A program made the translations under genes and the position numbers. From an uncultured virus (IMG/VR IMGVR_UViG_3300020536_000659) (taxonomy: Duplodnaviria > Heunggongvirae > Uroviricota > Caudoviricetes), in the IMG/VR virus record IMGVR_UViG_3300020536_000659: a stretch of DNA of 64,000 nucleotides; one strand, 5' to 3'. Position 1 is the stretch's first letter, and each line of letters begins with the position of its first letter. Shown in pieces: positions 47,041 through 56,243 of the stretch. The notes under the pieces were generated by a model. The model did no database searches and had not been told where the DNA came from. It worked only from the letters and a program-made list of their open reading frames with translations.

Positions 47041-47828
47041 TCGTTTTCCTGAGAATGAACCGCAAAATGATGTATTTTCACTTTTATATTTGGATTATTC
47101 TCATCTGTATGCATTGTTGTATGTGAATGTATCAAGTTTGTTTTGGCTGGTAAAATTGTTTCTCGTTCATTATTGAACTCAGACAAATCACCAACATGAA
47201 ATCCTTTTGTTTTTGGTGTGGTAGAAATTTTAATTATGTGGGCTGTGTTGCCAGCATTCCCATTACCTTTGCCAGTTCTCGGACGATTGTCCATGGCGTG
47301 TTTAAGCGCGACGAGAGGAGAATGTGTCGTTGATGTGTGGGCGGGTAGATGCAATATGGAATTAGAAGAACCACCTAATAGTTTTTCAGGATCAAACCCA
47401 ACACCAGAATAAAGATCAACACTGTGACCAATTGGATTCTCAGTTAATTTTGAAATAGTGCGATGAATTCGTTTATCTTCATATATCATATCTCCTTCAG
47501 GGTGCGTTCCATTGTTATGCGCGTCAATAAGAGAAGTATTGATATGATAAGAAGATCCAGTTTCATCAGTAGTATAATCTTCAACATGACCTGCTTGGGT
47601 TTCTGAAATTTTTGGCCTGTCCTTTGTCAGTTTTTCTGATATTTCGTCTAGAGATTTTTCATCTGGTTCTAAAGCACTGACTGGAGAAGCTTTGACTCGA
47701 GAAGCTTCTGACATTGCTGAGTCTAAATTGGAAATTCCATAAGGACGCCTATAGTGAATGGGATGAGGCGAAACTATTACTTTATAATCAGAAAGAGTTT
47801 CTTTTATAATTTGTAATAATTTACCCAT
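47037..47828 (-). CDS. ADP-ribosyltransferase-fold protein (Alt/exoenzyme-like)
   Basis: LYSG (YRG position), TSTT (STS position), HIIKI, NERETILP (ExE). Confidence 0.7.
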   Translation of the reverse strand: MGKLLQIIKETLSDYKVIVSPHPIHYRRPYGISNLDSAMSEASRVKASPVSALEPDEKSLDEISEKLTKDRPKISETQAGHVEDYTTDETGSSYHINTSLIDAHNNGTHPEGDMIYEDKRIHRTISKLTENPIGHSVDLYSGVGFDPEKLLGGSSNSILHLPAHTSTTHSPLVALKHAMDNRPRTGKGNGNAGNTAHIIKISTTPKTKGFHVGDLSEFNNERETILPAKTNLIHSHTTMHTDENNPNIKVKIHHFAVHSQEND

Positions 47829-47850
47829 ACAAACACTCCTAGCAATTTAT

Positions 47851-47963
47851 TAGTAGTCATTCAACAACGAGTGGGATCCACCCCCACGTACTCCCAAAAT
47901 AAGGAGATCTTAGTCTAACGCCAAAATTCATTGGTCCAGATCATCGTCATCGAAACTCTACTA
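47851..47963 (-). ncRNA. Candidate structured ncRNA, about 113 nt, unknown class
   Basis: Termini pair (TAGTAG/CTACTA and TTCGATGACGA/TCGTTGTTGAA) and enclose three hairpins; starts right after its own promoter. Confidence 0.55.
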
Positions 47964-47968
47964 CAACC

Positions 47969-47999
47969 TATTTATACCTTTTTCTGACCTATAAGTCAA
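47969..47999 (-). promoter_or_regulatory. Composite sigma70/late promoter
   Basis: TTGACT-N17-TATAAATA, same architecture as the tmRNA promoter. Confidence 0.7.
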
Positions 48000-48003
48000 G
48001 CGT

Positions 48004-48237
48004 TTATTCATGCTCGCTAAGGAATTGTTTATCACCCGGAGAAACGTTTCCTTCATTGTTAGTCAAAATGGAAATATCGTCTTGAGGTTTTCTAAGTCTA
48101 CTGACTGTTTCATATATGTCATCTAGATTTTTAACCCCATCACCAGAGGAGCCTACGTTTCTGCCGTTTTCGGCCAGAATACGATAACGCCATTCACCAG
48201 CTTTGTCTCTATAGATTTCCCAAACATGTTTTGACAT
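48004..48237 (-). CDS. DUF1508/YegP-like small protein
   Basis: WEIYRDKAGEWRYRILAENGRNVGSSG; AAGGA RBS before the ATG at 48237. Confidence 0.75.
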   Translation of the reverse strand: MSKHVWEIYRDKAGEWRYRILAENGRNVGSSGDGVKNLDDIYETVSRLRKPQDDISILTNNEGNVSPGDKQFLSEHE

Positions 48238-48268
48238 ATTTTTATTCCTTTTAAACAAATCACAAATT

Positions 48269-48379
48269 TTAAACACGAGGTTTCCTCGCGAATGCGGCTT
48301 TCATATTATCAACAAATCCGAAAATGCCAACCAGAGACATAATAGCGTCTATAGTAGACATGAAAAAATTATTCTTCAT
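48269..48379 (-). CDS. 36-aa amphipathic peptide (not in ORF track)
   Basis: MKNNFFMSTIDAIMSLVGIFGFVDNMKAAFARKPRV; AAGGA RBS; fills the gap after the endolysin. Confidence 0.5.
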   Translation of the reverse strand: MKNNFFMSTIDAIMSLVGIFGFVDNMKAAFARKPRV

Positions 48380-48389
48380 TCTGATTTCC

Positions 48390-48884
48390 TTACTTTACTT
48401 TAGTGAAATCTGTTACCATTTCATAACGTGTAGCTTTGCCGTCTTTATAAGCAACCAATTTATTTTTTCTGTTTTTGCCAGTTTTTCTAAGAGAAACATG
48501 AACCCAACCAGAGTTGACTCCTTGCATTGGATTATAAAATTCTAGAATAAGTTGGTCGTACTCTAAATTCTTATCGATCCAATCAGCCAAAACTTTATTT
48601 GAGACGCCCTCAATTTCTATGTCAATAGCCTCTCCCGTAGTATGTTGAGATTTTGATGCTCCACCCACTGCAACATTTACTTGAGGCGATCTATAACCAG
48701 AATTAATCTTCAGAGGCTTTTTAAAATTATCTCTGACTGGTTGGGCGATTTTCTTGATGATATTTCTAAGATTTGCTTTCGCCTCTGCATTAGGTTCATT
48801 ATTCATCTTGAACGACTTGGCTGTCGGCGAATATGTAAACTCATCAAGAAAAAAATTCTTACTAACTAATTCTCTCTTAGCCAT
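48390..48884 (-). CDS. Peptidase M15 family, probable endolysin
   Basis: INSGYRS...N..VGG...SQH..GEA.D, DQLILE, WVHVS. Confidence 0.88.
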   Translation of the reverse strand: MAKRELVSKNFFLDEFTYSPTAKSFKMNNEPNAEAKANLRNIIKKIAQPVRDNFKKPLKINSGYRSPQVNVAVGGASKSQHTTGEAIDIEIEGVSNKVLADWIDKNLEYDQLILEFYNPMQGVNSGWVHVSLRKTGKNRKNKLVAYKDGKATRYEMVTDFTKVK

Positions 48885-48957
48885 TTTAAAACCTCACATG
48901 CAGATGATCAGTGGGCCCAAACCCACTGATCATATTTAGGCGAAGTTTTTAGTTATA

Positions 48958-49971
48958 TCATGCAGCAACTTTCTGGCGTTTAGACCTGAGATCAGGAGCC
49001 GAATCTGCCATCTCCATAGCGATCTTCATTGCTTCGATCTTCTTAGTACGACCCCAACCAAACCAAGCGGAATTCATACGATTGTCATTGTTTCGACCGA
49101 TGATATGGTCAATAACAAACGTAGCGGAATTGAATCCTTGCCACATACTGCCTTCGGCGAACTGGGCTCCAGGTTGCTGTTGCAGCATATCGAGGGCGAT
49201 CCGAGCGTTTCGTGAAGGCTCCGAAGCTTTCTCTTCTTTCTTGGTCATCTTAGTTCCGAACACGCGAGAGAAATACTCAGTGGCAGTCTCATTCAGCAGA
49301 CGCTTCGAAGAAAGATACTGGGAAGCTTCTTTATAGGTCTGAAGCTTTTCTTTGGCGATACCCAGCATTTCTTTCACTGAATCGCCATTGAACTCAGTAC
49401 GGTGGGAAACCGCGACACGATTGCGATCCGAACCCTGAAGAGCCATCGAAAGAGTATTCCAGCAAACAACCCGAATGGGCGTAAACTGAATGTCGATGGT
49501 CTTGCCATAAAGGTGGGGATTCGAAAGAAGAAGGTACGAATCAACACGATCGCCCTTGACTGCTTCGAAGGACTCGTTCACTTTAGCGAGGGCGAAAACT
49601 CGCCGTCCATCCTGAATGGATCCAGCGGTATGCATAGACATGTCACCAGCTGCAATGAAGTCATTGAAGAACTGGAAAGCATCGGCATTTTGCAGAGGAT
49701 TCCAGTCATCGCCAACTACGTCAAGAACTTTTCCGTCCGTCTTGCGGACAAGAGCAGAACGACCAACTGCGACTCGCTCGACTTTCTTACCGACTGTGAT
49801 ATCGGCATAGGCGGGAACCTTTTCGACTTCCCAGTCGAGATTAGCCTCTTTCATGATTTGTTCGGGAGTGAGGTCAGCAGGAACTTGCTTCCCGAGACCG
49901 TGCCAAGGCGTTTCGCCAGTCCAAGCCATAGAGTAAGAACCATCAGCGAGACGCTCAAGCATATGTGCCAT
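48958..49971 (-). CDS. DUF932 family protein
   Basis: TPWHGLG, LDWEV, P.QN..AF.FF, TAGS...G, TPIRVVC.NTL. Confidence 0.88.
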   Translation of the reverse strand: MAHMLERLADGSYSMAWTGETPWHGLGKQVPADLTPEQIMKEANLDWEVEKVPAYADITVGKKVERVAVGRSALVRKTDGKVLDVVGDDWNPLQNADAFQFFNDFIAAGDMSMHTAGSIQDGRRVFALAKVNESFEAVKGDRVDSYLLLSNPHLYGKTIDIQFTPIRVVCWNTLSMALQGSDRNRVAVSHRTEFNGDSVKEMLGIAKEKLQTYKEASQYLSSKRLLNETATEYFSRVFGTKMTKKEEKASEPSRNARIALDMLQQQPGAQFAEGSMWQGFNSATFVIDHIIGRNNDNRMNSAWFGWGRTKKIEAMKIAMEMADSAPDLRSKRQKVAA

Positions 49972-50018
49972 AATATAAGATCCTTCAAAAGAGTTATTCG
50001 CTTCAACGCGATATTGTC

Positions 50019-50047
50019 AGTATACTCGGCTAAGAGAGAAAAAACAA
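50019..50047 (-). promoter_or_regulatory. sigma70-type early promoter
   Basis: TTGTTT-N17-TATACT with A-rich upstream sequence, before DUF932. Confidence 0.55.
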
Positions 50048-50175
50048 CCTTTTTTCTAACTTTTTCATTAAAAAACGTTAATATTACGCCCCTTGTTTTT
50101 ATTAGGTTTTTTAAACCCCCTAAAAGCCTCTCTCGAGCCCGAGAGTGCGCTCTCTGGGGAGGGGCTAGGAAAGCC

Positions 50176-50877
50176 TTATATGGGCTCTAAACGCCTCTCG
50201 AGCCTCTCGAGACAAGCTTTTTCATAGGCTTTTATCCTACCTTTGGCTTCCTGTAAATAATCTGAAGCTTTTACTCGGAAAACCTGAGCCTCTGGGTCAT
50301 CTTCTACCGATATCAGGATAACGATATCATCAACCAGAATATTGGTTCTTTCCCAAAACATATACGAGTACAAAGATGTTTGAAGAAAATAATCTGTGAT
50401 ATGCGATTTGCATTTTTCTTTCGAAGCAGTCTTATAATCTATGATGGCTGGTACTCCATCCCAGCATGCAATAAGATCACAACGTCCTGCTACTCGTAGG
50501 TTCTCGCTCCAAAGACATCCCTCTACAAACATTATTTCGTCTACGTGGGCGTCAAGTTTCTTTTTGATGGGTTGAAAGACCATAGTTGCGATGGGAGAAA
50601 CAGGTTTCAATTCTTTGTTTAGCGTATAATCTTCCGCCATCTCATGCATAAGAGTTCCTCTGTTCTTAGCACGATTTGATATTCTTTCAGCTTCTTCTTC
50701 ACCAACTCTGGCTTTCCATTCTTGTAGCCAAGTCTTATCTGCTGTGCCATCAAGAATAGTTGTGACGCTTGGAAACTTAACATCTTCTCTTACGATATAA
50801 TGTCGACCACCGTTGATGATTTCCGTTTCTAAATCCGGAGTAGGCCAAACTAGATTATGTTTGAATTTCTTTTTCAT
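50176..50877 (-). CDS. PD-(D/E)xK exonuclease
   Basis: PSVTTIL, RGT.MH, AGR.D, IIDYKT, YFLQ...Y. Confidence 0.85.
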   Translation of the reverse strand: MKKKFKHNLVWPTPDLETEIINGGRHYIVREDVKFPSVTTILDGTADKTWLQEWKARVGEEEAERISNRAKNRGTLMHEMAEDYTLNKELKPVSPIATMVFQPIKKKLDAHVDEIMFVEGCLWSENLRVAGRCDLIACWDGVPAIIDYKTASKEKCKSHITDYFLQTSLYSYMFWERTNILVDDIVILISVEDDPEAQVFRVKASDYLQEAKGRIKAYEKACLERLERRLEPI

Positions 50878-51627
50878 TTACGTATTTGGTGATATGTTGA
50901 GTTTTTCGGCTGCTGTGATAAACTGTTTAACAACGTCACTTCTAACGATGTCATTCACGTTAAATTCTGTGGTAGAAAACGATTGCATATTATTGATGAT
51001 CTTGAAGAAGTTCTCAAATCCAGACTGCTGTCTTTGATTATAGAGATCGTTCTGTTTAATATCACCACAAAAAATGATTCTGCAGTTTTTTCCAATTCTG
51101 GTAATCACCGTCCATAGTTCGTTGAAATTCATATTCTGAATCTCATCAACAACAACGATAGTGTTTCTAAGGGTGTGCCCACGAATAAAAGAGGTGCTGA
51201 TGAAATTGACCAGACCATCCCCCTTTAGTTTGTCATAGGATTTTTTATCATCATCAAGAGACATTTCTTGAAAAATAGAAACATATGGCATCTCATAGAT
51301 TTGTTGCTTCTCTTGAATCTTGCCAGGGATAAATCCCATGTCTCTTGTTGGAACAACTGACCTGACAATTGTCAAACTATTGTAGGTTTCTGGATTTTGC
51401 AAAACTTCATTCAAACCTAGATAACACGCTATAAACGTTTTGCCCGTTCCTGCAGATCCCGTGAGCAGAAGATTTTGATCTTCATAAAAATCTTCGAATG
51501 CCTGTTTTTGGTTTTCAGTTATCGGTTTTACGGTACGTATCTTGAAGATTTTTTCTTTCAAGATTTCGCTTTCGTCAAGATCTCCATGTTCTATCATTCT
51601 TCTTTGTTTTCTGGACAATCTTTTCAT
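50878..51627 (-). CDS. phoH: PhoH-like ATPase
   Basis: GSAGTGKT, GFIPG, FIRG.T, VDEIQN, TRIG, GD..Q.D, DIVRS. Confidence 0.92.
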   Translation of the reverse strand: MKRLSRKQRRMIEHGDLDESEILKEKIFKIRTVKPITENQKQAFEDFYEDQNLLLTGSAGTGKTFIACYLGLNEVLQNPETYNSLTIVRSVVPTRDMGFIPGKIQEKQQIYEMPYVSIFQEMSLDDDKKSYDKLKGDGLVNFISTSFIRGHTLRNTIVVVDEIQNMNFNELWTVITRIGKNCRIIFCGDIKQNDLYNQRQQSGFENFFKIINNMQSFSTTEFNVNDIVRSDVVKQFITAAEKLNISPNT

Positions 51628-51639
51628 AACTACCCTTTA

Positions 51640-51951
51640 CTATGTTTTACCGGAACGCCTTCTGTGTTTTTTGACGACTTCTTCAGTTTTCAACTGTTTT
51701 GCTGTTTTCTTCATATATCTATCTGCCAGTGGAGAAAGGGGATGCGCCTCGGCTGCTTTCTGTAGAACTTCCTTGAACCCGCCATCAACTTTTATCTCAC
51801 TGCCTAGATTTCTATAAGCAATAAGAGGAGCTCCGTTTGGAACCTGCTCGAGATCTGGATTTGCTTCTTTGTATGGATCAAGCTCTGAGATTTTCATAAA
51901 CTCTGTAAACTCGTCACCAGTTTTTCTGTTTTTAAACTTATAAGTTGGCAT
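51640..51951 (-). CDS. FmdB-like (MPTY) small protein
   Basis: MPTYKF.N..TG...GF.EVL......HP. Confidence 0.65.
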   Translation of the reverse strand: MPTYKFKNRKTGDEFTEFMKISELDPYKEANPDLEQVPNGAPLIAYRNLGSEIKVDGGFKEVLQKAAEAHPLSPLADRYMKKTAKQLKTEEVVKKHRRRSGKT

Positions 51952-52678
51952 GTTTTCTCGGTACTTCTGTTATAGTAAATTTAATATTTTTAAACAACGA
52001 CGAGGCTGTTCGCATATTTTTTATTTCTTCAGAACTATCATCCCAATATTTTACTGATTGTATTTTGGTTTGAGATTTATCAGCCGCTCTCAATATTTCA
52101 GCTATGACTTTACCCTTATCATATCCAGCACTCAAAGACCCCATTCTTATTACATGCGCGCCTGGATCGTTTTTGTATATTTGCAATCCATCATTTCTAA
52201 ATTTTTTTAAAAATATTTCTTTTGCACTTTGTTCTTGCATTTTTATTCGTTGCTGTGGTGTCATTGCTGTAAACATTTCATTTTCTATTTTTTTATCATT
52301 TTGACTTTTGATGGACATATTGCTTCTTGCTGTCAATATTATAAAAAAATTTGATTTATCCCTAAATTCTTGTATAGCTTTATTAAACAAAGTTGTTTTT
52401 ATGGCTTTATCAGAAAAATATTGTGGATCAGTGAATTGAGAAAAATCATATTCATAATCATTCGATTTGTGATGATTAGCATACTCTGCAGTAGTTAATG
52501 TTCTAATAATTTTTTTCGTCTTAGGATCTTTTAATAAAATTTTTATTCCTGGCGTCGTATACAAAGTGTCATCTATATCCCAAACTGATAAAGCTGTAAA
52601 ATTTCGCCCGGAAGATTTATATTCTCCGGTTTTTGTTATTTTAGCGATAACAGTATTGAGGTTTTCTTGCACAATCAA
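51938..52678 (-). CDS. HAD-superfamily phosphatase-like protein
   Basis: WDIDDTL (DxDxT), ILTAR, K, YWDDS motifs. Confidence 0.7.
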   Translation of the reverse strand: MIVQENLNTVIAKITKTGEYKSSGRNFTALSVWDIDDTLYTTPGIKILLKDPKTKKIIRTLTTAEYANHHKSNDYEYDFSQFTDPQYFSDKAIKTTLFNKAIQEFRDKSNFFIILTARSNMSIKSQNDKKIENEMFTAMTPQQRIKMQEQSAKEIFLKKFRNDGLQIYKNDPGAHVIRMGSLSAGYDKGKVIAEILRAADKSQTKIQSVKYWDDSSEEIKNMRTASSLFKNIKFTITEVPRKHANL

Positions 52679-52848
52679 TCCAACTCTTCGTCTAGGTCAA
52701 CCAGTTCCTGAATGTTTTTAGTCCTGAGAGCTCTGTCGATGCGTTTCTCTTTTCGCTTTCGACGGTTGCCTTCTCGGTCTGTATCCCAAACATCATAGTC
52801 CTCTTCTAGATCTTGAAAGTATCTTCTATTATTAATGGTTTTTCCCAT
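52675..52848 (-). CDS. 57-aa charged hypothetical protein (not in ORF track)
   Basis: MGKTINNRRYFQDLEED...ELVDLDEELD; purine-rich RBS; overlaps the next start. Confidence 0.65.
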   Translation of the reverse strand: MGKTINNRRYFQDLEEDYDVWDTDREGNRRKRKEKRIDRALRTKNIQELVDLDEELD

Positions 52849-52859
52849 TTCCCTCTCTC

Positions 52860-53276
52860 TTAGATTTTTTCTGCTGGAAAAGCTTTATTGAAAATATTTT
52901 TGTTTATAGTTTTTGGTAGCTGTTTGTCTTTAACTTGTATGAGAAGCTCTGCATCCTCAGGAAGAATCGATTCTAACATCTCAACAAACAGCTTTTCTCT
53001 TTTCTGTGGCGGAATATGATTGCCAGTTCCATCTATAAACATATATAAAAGTCTAGTCCTCGAATATAACATACCCTGAAGGTCAGGATATTCTCTATTC
53101 GGTTTATATTTAGGCGTTCCTGGTTCTAAAAGCCAATTAATTTTTGGGTGTAAGCCACACCTCAACACAACCTTTAGTGGCGCCGACTCATGCCTTCGAA
53201 GGAATTCTACTCGCTCTTTGGTATCGTCTATTTGTGCGGCTTTGTTGATAATAGCAGAAAGGGATTCTTTTAACAA
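52860..53276 (-). CDS. Conserved T4-like hypothetical protein
   Basis: W.L..G.P.Y, LY.F, KRE.LF...LE...P.DA.LL...KDK pattern. Confidence 0.7.
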   Translation of the reverse strand: MLKESLSAIINKAAQIDDTKERVEFLRRHESAPLKVVLRCGLHPKINWLLEPGTPKYKPNREYPDLQGMLYSRTRLLYMFIDGTGNHIPPQKREKLFVEMLESILPEDAELLIQVKDKQLPKTINKNIFNKAFPAEKI

Positions 53277-53285
53277 TGTGATCTC

Positions 53286-54146
53286 CTAGAAGTCATTTAT
53301 TTTCTCCATCATATTTTTGAGTCGATGTTTGATAAAATAATTAAGAATTGATTTTCTGTCTTTCCCAGCTTGGCTTTCGTATTCTTGAATAATTTTTTCT
53401 GATATGGATTTCGGCACCATATCTAGATCGATCAAGAGTTGATTCCTATACCATCTCTGCAGAGACATATGATCGCAATATTCTTCTGGTCTTTTACCTA
53501 ACCAACTATTTATTTTAGATTCTCTTAAAGGTTTTTGTCTCTCTCGCAAAACTAAAGAATTATCTCCCATCAGGATGCTGGGTATACCGTCACCCTTGTC
53601 GCCCCTGATAATATGTTCTTGTTTGTAGAGATCCGGATATGCGTGATAGATCTTTTTCTTTCTCACGGGATCATATTGTTCCACGCCCATATAGTTGTGC
53701 AGCTGGATAAAGTCTTTGTCACCAGAAAGAATCAGTATGCGTTTTCCTTCGGGACCAAACTTATGAACGAGAGTCGCGATAATATCATCGGCTTCAGCAC
53801 CCTCAACCTGAACGAGCCTATAGGGCATGAATTGCTTGAGCTCTTCTTTGATTTTACCGAAAGACTCAAAGACAAGTTTCCAATCAAACAGCTGTTCTTC
53901 TTCTCTTTGTTGTCTTCGATTGGCTTTGTAATAGGGGAAAGCTTCTCGACGCCAGCTGTTCTTAGAATCACAGGCGATAACAATCTCGCCATAATCGCTG
54001 GAATATGCTGTTTTGAAAGAACGGATTGAATTAAGAATCATGTGTCTCAGAAGAGACTCATCAACTTCTTCTTTTTTCATTTTACCAATCTGGATCATCA
54101 GATTGGCCACCATAATTTGTTGTAGATCAACGATAATAATTTTCAA
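53286..54146 (-). CDS. rnh: T4-type RNase H (5'-3' exonuclease)
   Basis: RHMILNS, IACD...WRR..FPYYK..R, EADDII, SGDKDF.QL, GD.GDGIP. Start approximate. Confidence 0.92.
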   Translation of the reverse strand: MKIIIVDLQQIMVANLMIQIGKMKKEEVDESLLRHMILNSIRSFKTAYSSDYGEIVIACDSKNSWRREAFPYYKANRRQQREEEQLFDWKLVFESFGKIKEELKQFMPYRLVQVEGAEADDIIATLVHKFGPEGKRILILSGDKDFIQLHNYMGVEQYDPVRKKKIYHAYPDLYKQEHIIRGDKGDGIPSILMGDNSLVLRERQKPLRESKINSWLGKRPEEYCDHMSLQRWYRNQLLIDLDMVPKSISEKIIQEYESQAGKDRKSILNYFIKHRLKNMMEKINDF

Positions 54147-54160
54147 ATCTCCAGATTCAA

Positions 54161-55258
54161 TTATTTGACAACCCTGAGCAGAATACAATTCTCATTGATC
54201 CTGCCATTAGGAACTCTACTTTTAGTCTTTATCTCGCTCATGAATTTCCTGAGAATAATTTTACCACCACTGAGAACCTTGTTGATTTGCTCTTCTGGTT
54301 TCCTAAGAGTTTTCTGTTGTGATTCCTCTTTACAAAATCCAGTTATAGTTGTTCCCTTCATCGAAAGACCTGCGGGACCAGAAGCATTAAACATAACCAT
54401 CTGCTTATATTTAGTGTTGTAAACCCAGAGTTGTTGACTTCCGACAATTTCAGTTGGTTGAATCGAGACAATCTTGAAAGGCTTAAACTCTTTCTGATAT
54501 TTGATCCTCTTGACAACATCAACTGCCAGCTTCTGTTTCTTCTTCCTGGGTTTCCGAACCTTTGACGCCTTACGATTAGAAGTGTGGCGATCTAAGTCTG
54601 CCATCCATTCTTCCAGAAACCTGGCCTGCTTGAGCCTGTCTTTTCCGAATGAGTTTCTGACTTCTTTGTCGGTGCAATTAAGATCTTCAAGAACACGACT
54701 GTAGTAGTCGCGAATCATACCAGAGATTTGCGGCGAAACATTATTTTTCTGAAGAAAATCATAAAGAGCAAACTTCTGTGATTTCGTTACAAAAAGATCA
54801 TAAGCTTCTTCTAGATCCGCGATAACGTTTTGGCCTTTTTCTTTGATCCGTTCTTGGATGTTGGGTTTTTCTTTTGTTGTTGTGATCTCTTCAGGATCGC
54901 TCAACTTGGAACCAGAATTGATAATTTCTTTAACTTTATATTCAAAACGCTGTTGCGTTTCTTTATCGAACTTAGTTCCATTGAGTGCCATCTTGGCCAT
55001 CCAGAACACGGTCGGTATGACTCGTTTCGGATTGATCCTCTTGGCAGAACGAATATCTGATTTGGAGGAGCCACTGCGATCTAAATAATCTAGAAACCAC
55101 CTGTGGCCTTTCTCGGCATCTTGGGTGTAGTTATACCAAGTCAGAGCCTTGGATAGCTGAAGATTATCGATCTTGCCGATAATAATGGGTTCGGCGCCAT
55201 AGTAAACATCCGTATTACCAGATGACCTACGAGCCTTACGTTTTTTAACTTTAAGCAT
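54161..55258 (-). CDS. Conserved T4-like hypothetical protein
   Basis: 365 aa; L.WYNY, LWVYNTKY, KTLRKP, NGRIN...ILL. Confidence 0.75.
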   Translation of the reverse strand: MLKVKKRKARRSSGNTDVYYGAEPIIIGKIDNLQLSKALTWYNYTQDAEKGHRWFLDYLDRSGSSKSDIRSAKRINPKRVIPTVFWMAKMALNGTKFDKETQQRFEYKVKEIINSGSKLSDPEEITTTKEKPNIQERIKEKGQNVIADLEEAYDLFVTKSQKFALYDFLQKNNVSPQISGMIRDYYSRVLEDLNCTDKEVRNSFGKDRLKQARFLEEWMADLDRHTSNRKASKVRKPRKKKQKLAVDVVKRIKYQKEFKPFKIVSIQPTEIVGSQQLWVYNTKYKQMVMFNASGPAGLSMKGTTITGFCKEESQQKTLRKPEEQINKVLSGGKIILRKFMSEIKTKSRVPNGRINENCILLRVVK

Positions 55259-55282
55259 TTTTCTTCCCTAAGCTAGAACACC

Positions 55283-55311
55283 ATTCTAGCCTAAATTAAC
55301 TGAAAAGTCAA
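55283..55311 (-). promoter_or_regulatory. sigma70-type promoter
   Basis: TTGACT-N17-TAGAAT. Confidence 0.65.
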
Positions 55312-56243
55312 TCGTTTTTTACGAATGATATCAATGACTTCCACTGGGGAATTACAGCATCCCAGCTGTATCTGTGGTCAACATAAAACTTATTTAAGGA
55401 GAAATTCATGTTATCTTTATTTTCCAGCAGAAAGTGAATAGAATCTTCTAGATTATTGTGAAAAACCCCAGCATGTTCATTCATATATTCTGAATATCGA
55501 TACATGTGGTTGAGGCCTGCCGAAATCTCAGGAAGAGCCGCCAAATCAGAGTGCACACAAAGACACCCAGCAGACATAGCCTCTACCATAGCCAAGCAAA
55601 AAGTTTCTTTCCACATAGAGGGATAAGCAAAGATATGCGCCTGTTGAAGAGCCTGCCTTACAACACTGTTTGGTTGGAACCCATGATAATTAATCCCAGG
55701 ATGATTCCTGCAACGATCAAAAAGGGGCTCATAAACTTTATCCCTCTCTGGCCATCCATAGATATTGAACGAAGAGAAAACATCCAACTCTAGTTTACCA
55801 TCAAACTTCTCATAAAGATTTTCAAATACGGGAACAAGAATCTCAAGACCCCTGTGTGGTGTTGATGTGTAAATCAACTTCACTTTATCAGTAGGATCAG
55901 GTTTCTTAACTTGTGGAATTGGTTCAATAGCGTTATGAATAACAAAACATTTGTGGTTGTTTGGAATGCCAAGTTTGTCGATGTATTGTTGCATTTGCCA
56001 GTAAGAAACAAAGACCAGAGCGGAGAATCTGTTTCTTGAGAGGTCATTGCTTAGGTGTTGAGACTCTGGATCTTCTGGCAAATCGTGCAGATGCAGAATT
56101 CGTTTTTTGTTTCGCTCAATATCTCTGACTCTTGAGCTTATAAGCTGAATGCCATCGAGACTATCACCCAACCTTTCAAACAATCCTCGCGTCACGAGTT
56201 CTGTCCCGCCATTGGCATTGACGTTCAATTCATTTATTTGCAT
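55308..56243 (-). CDS. Glycosyltransferase, GT4 family
   Basis: GGTE, YTSTPHRGL, YPS.W.ETFCLAMVEAMSAG. Confidence 0.88.
   Translation of the reverse strand: MQINELNVNANGGTELVTRGLFERLGDSLDGIQLISSRVRDIERNKKRILHLHDLPEDPESQHLSNDLSRNRFSALVFVSYWQMQQYIDKLGIPNNHKCFVIHNAIEPIPQVKKPDPTDKVKLIYTSTPHRGLEILVPVFENLYEKFDGKLELDVFSSFNIYGWPERDKVYEPLFDRCRNHPGINYHGFQPNSVVRQALQQAHIFAYPSMWKETFCLAMVEAMSAGCLCVHSDLAALPEISAGLNHMYRYSEYMNEHAGVFHNNLEDSIHFLLENKDNMNFSLNKFYVDHRYSWDAVIPQWKSLISFVKND

Noticed and set aside
50068..50081. TTAA-N-TTAA motifs as CtrA boxes (also near 61539-61552)
   Set aside because: The spacing is 6 nt, not the 7 nt of the CtrA consensus.
49402..50190. 262-aa plus-strand ORF
   Set aside because: Antisense to the well-conserved DUF932 gene, with no recognisable motifs.
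50050..50215. Repeated CTCTCGAG palindromes next to a Cas4-like PD-(D/E)xK nuclease, suggesting a mini-CRISPR
   Set aside because: No regular repeat-spacer periodicity; some copies lie in the coding end of the exonuclease; no cas genes.
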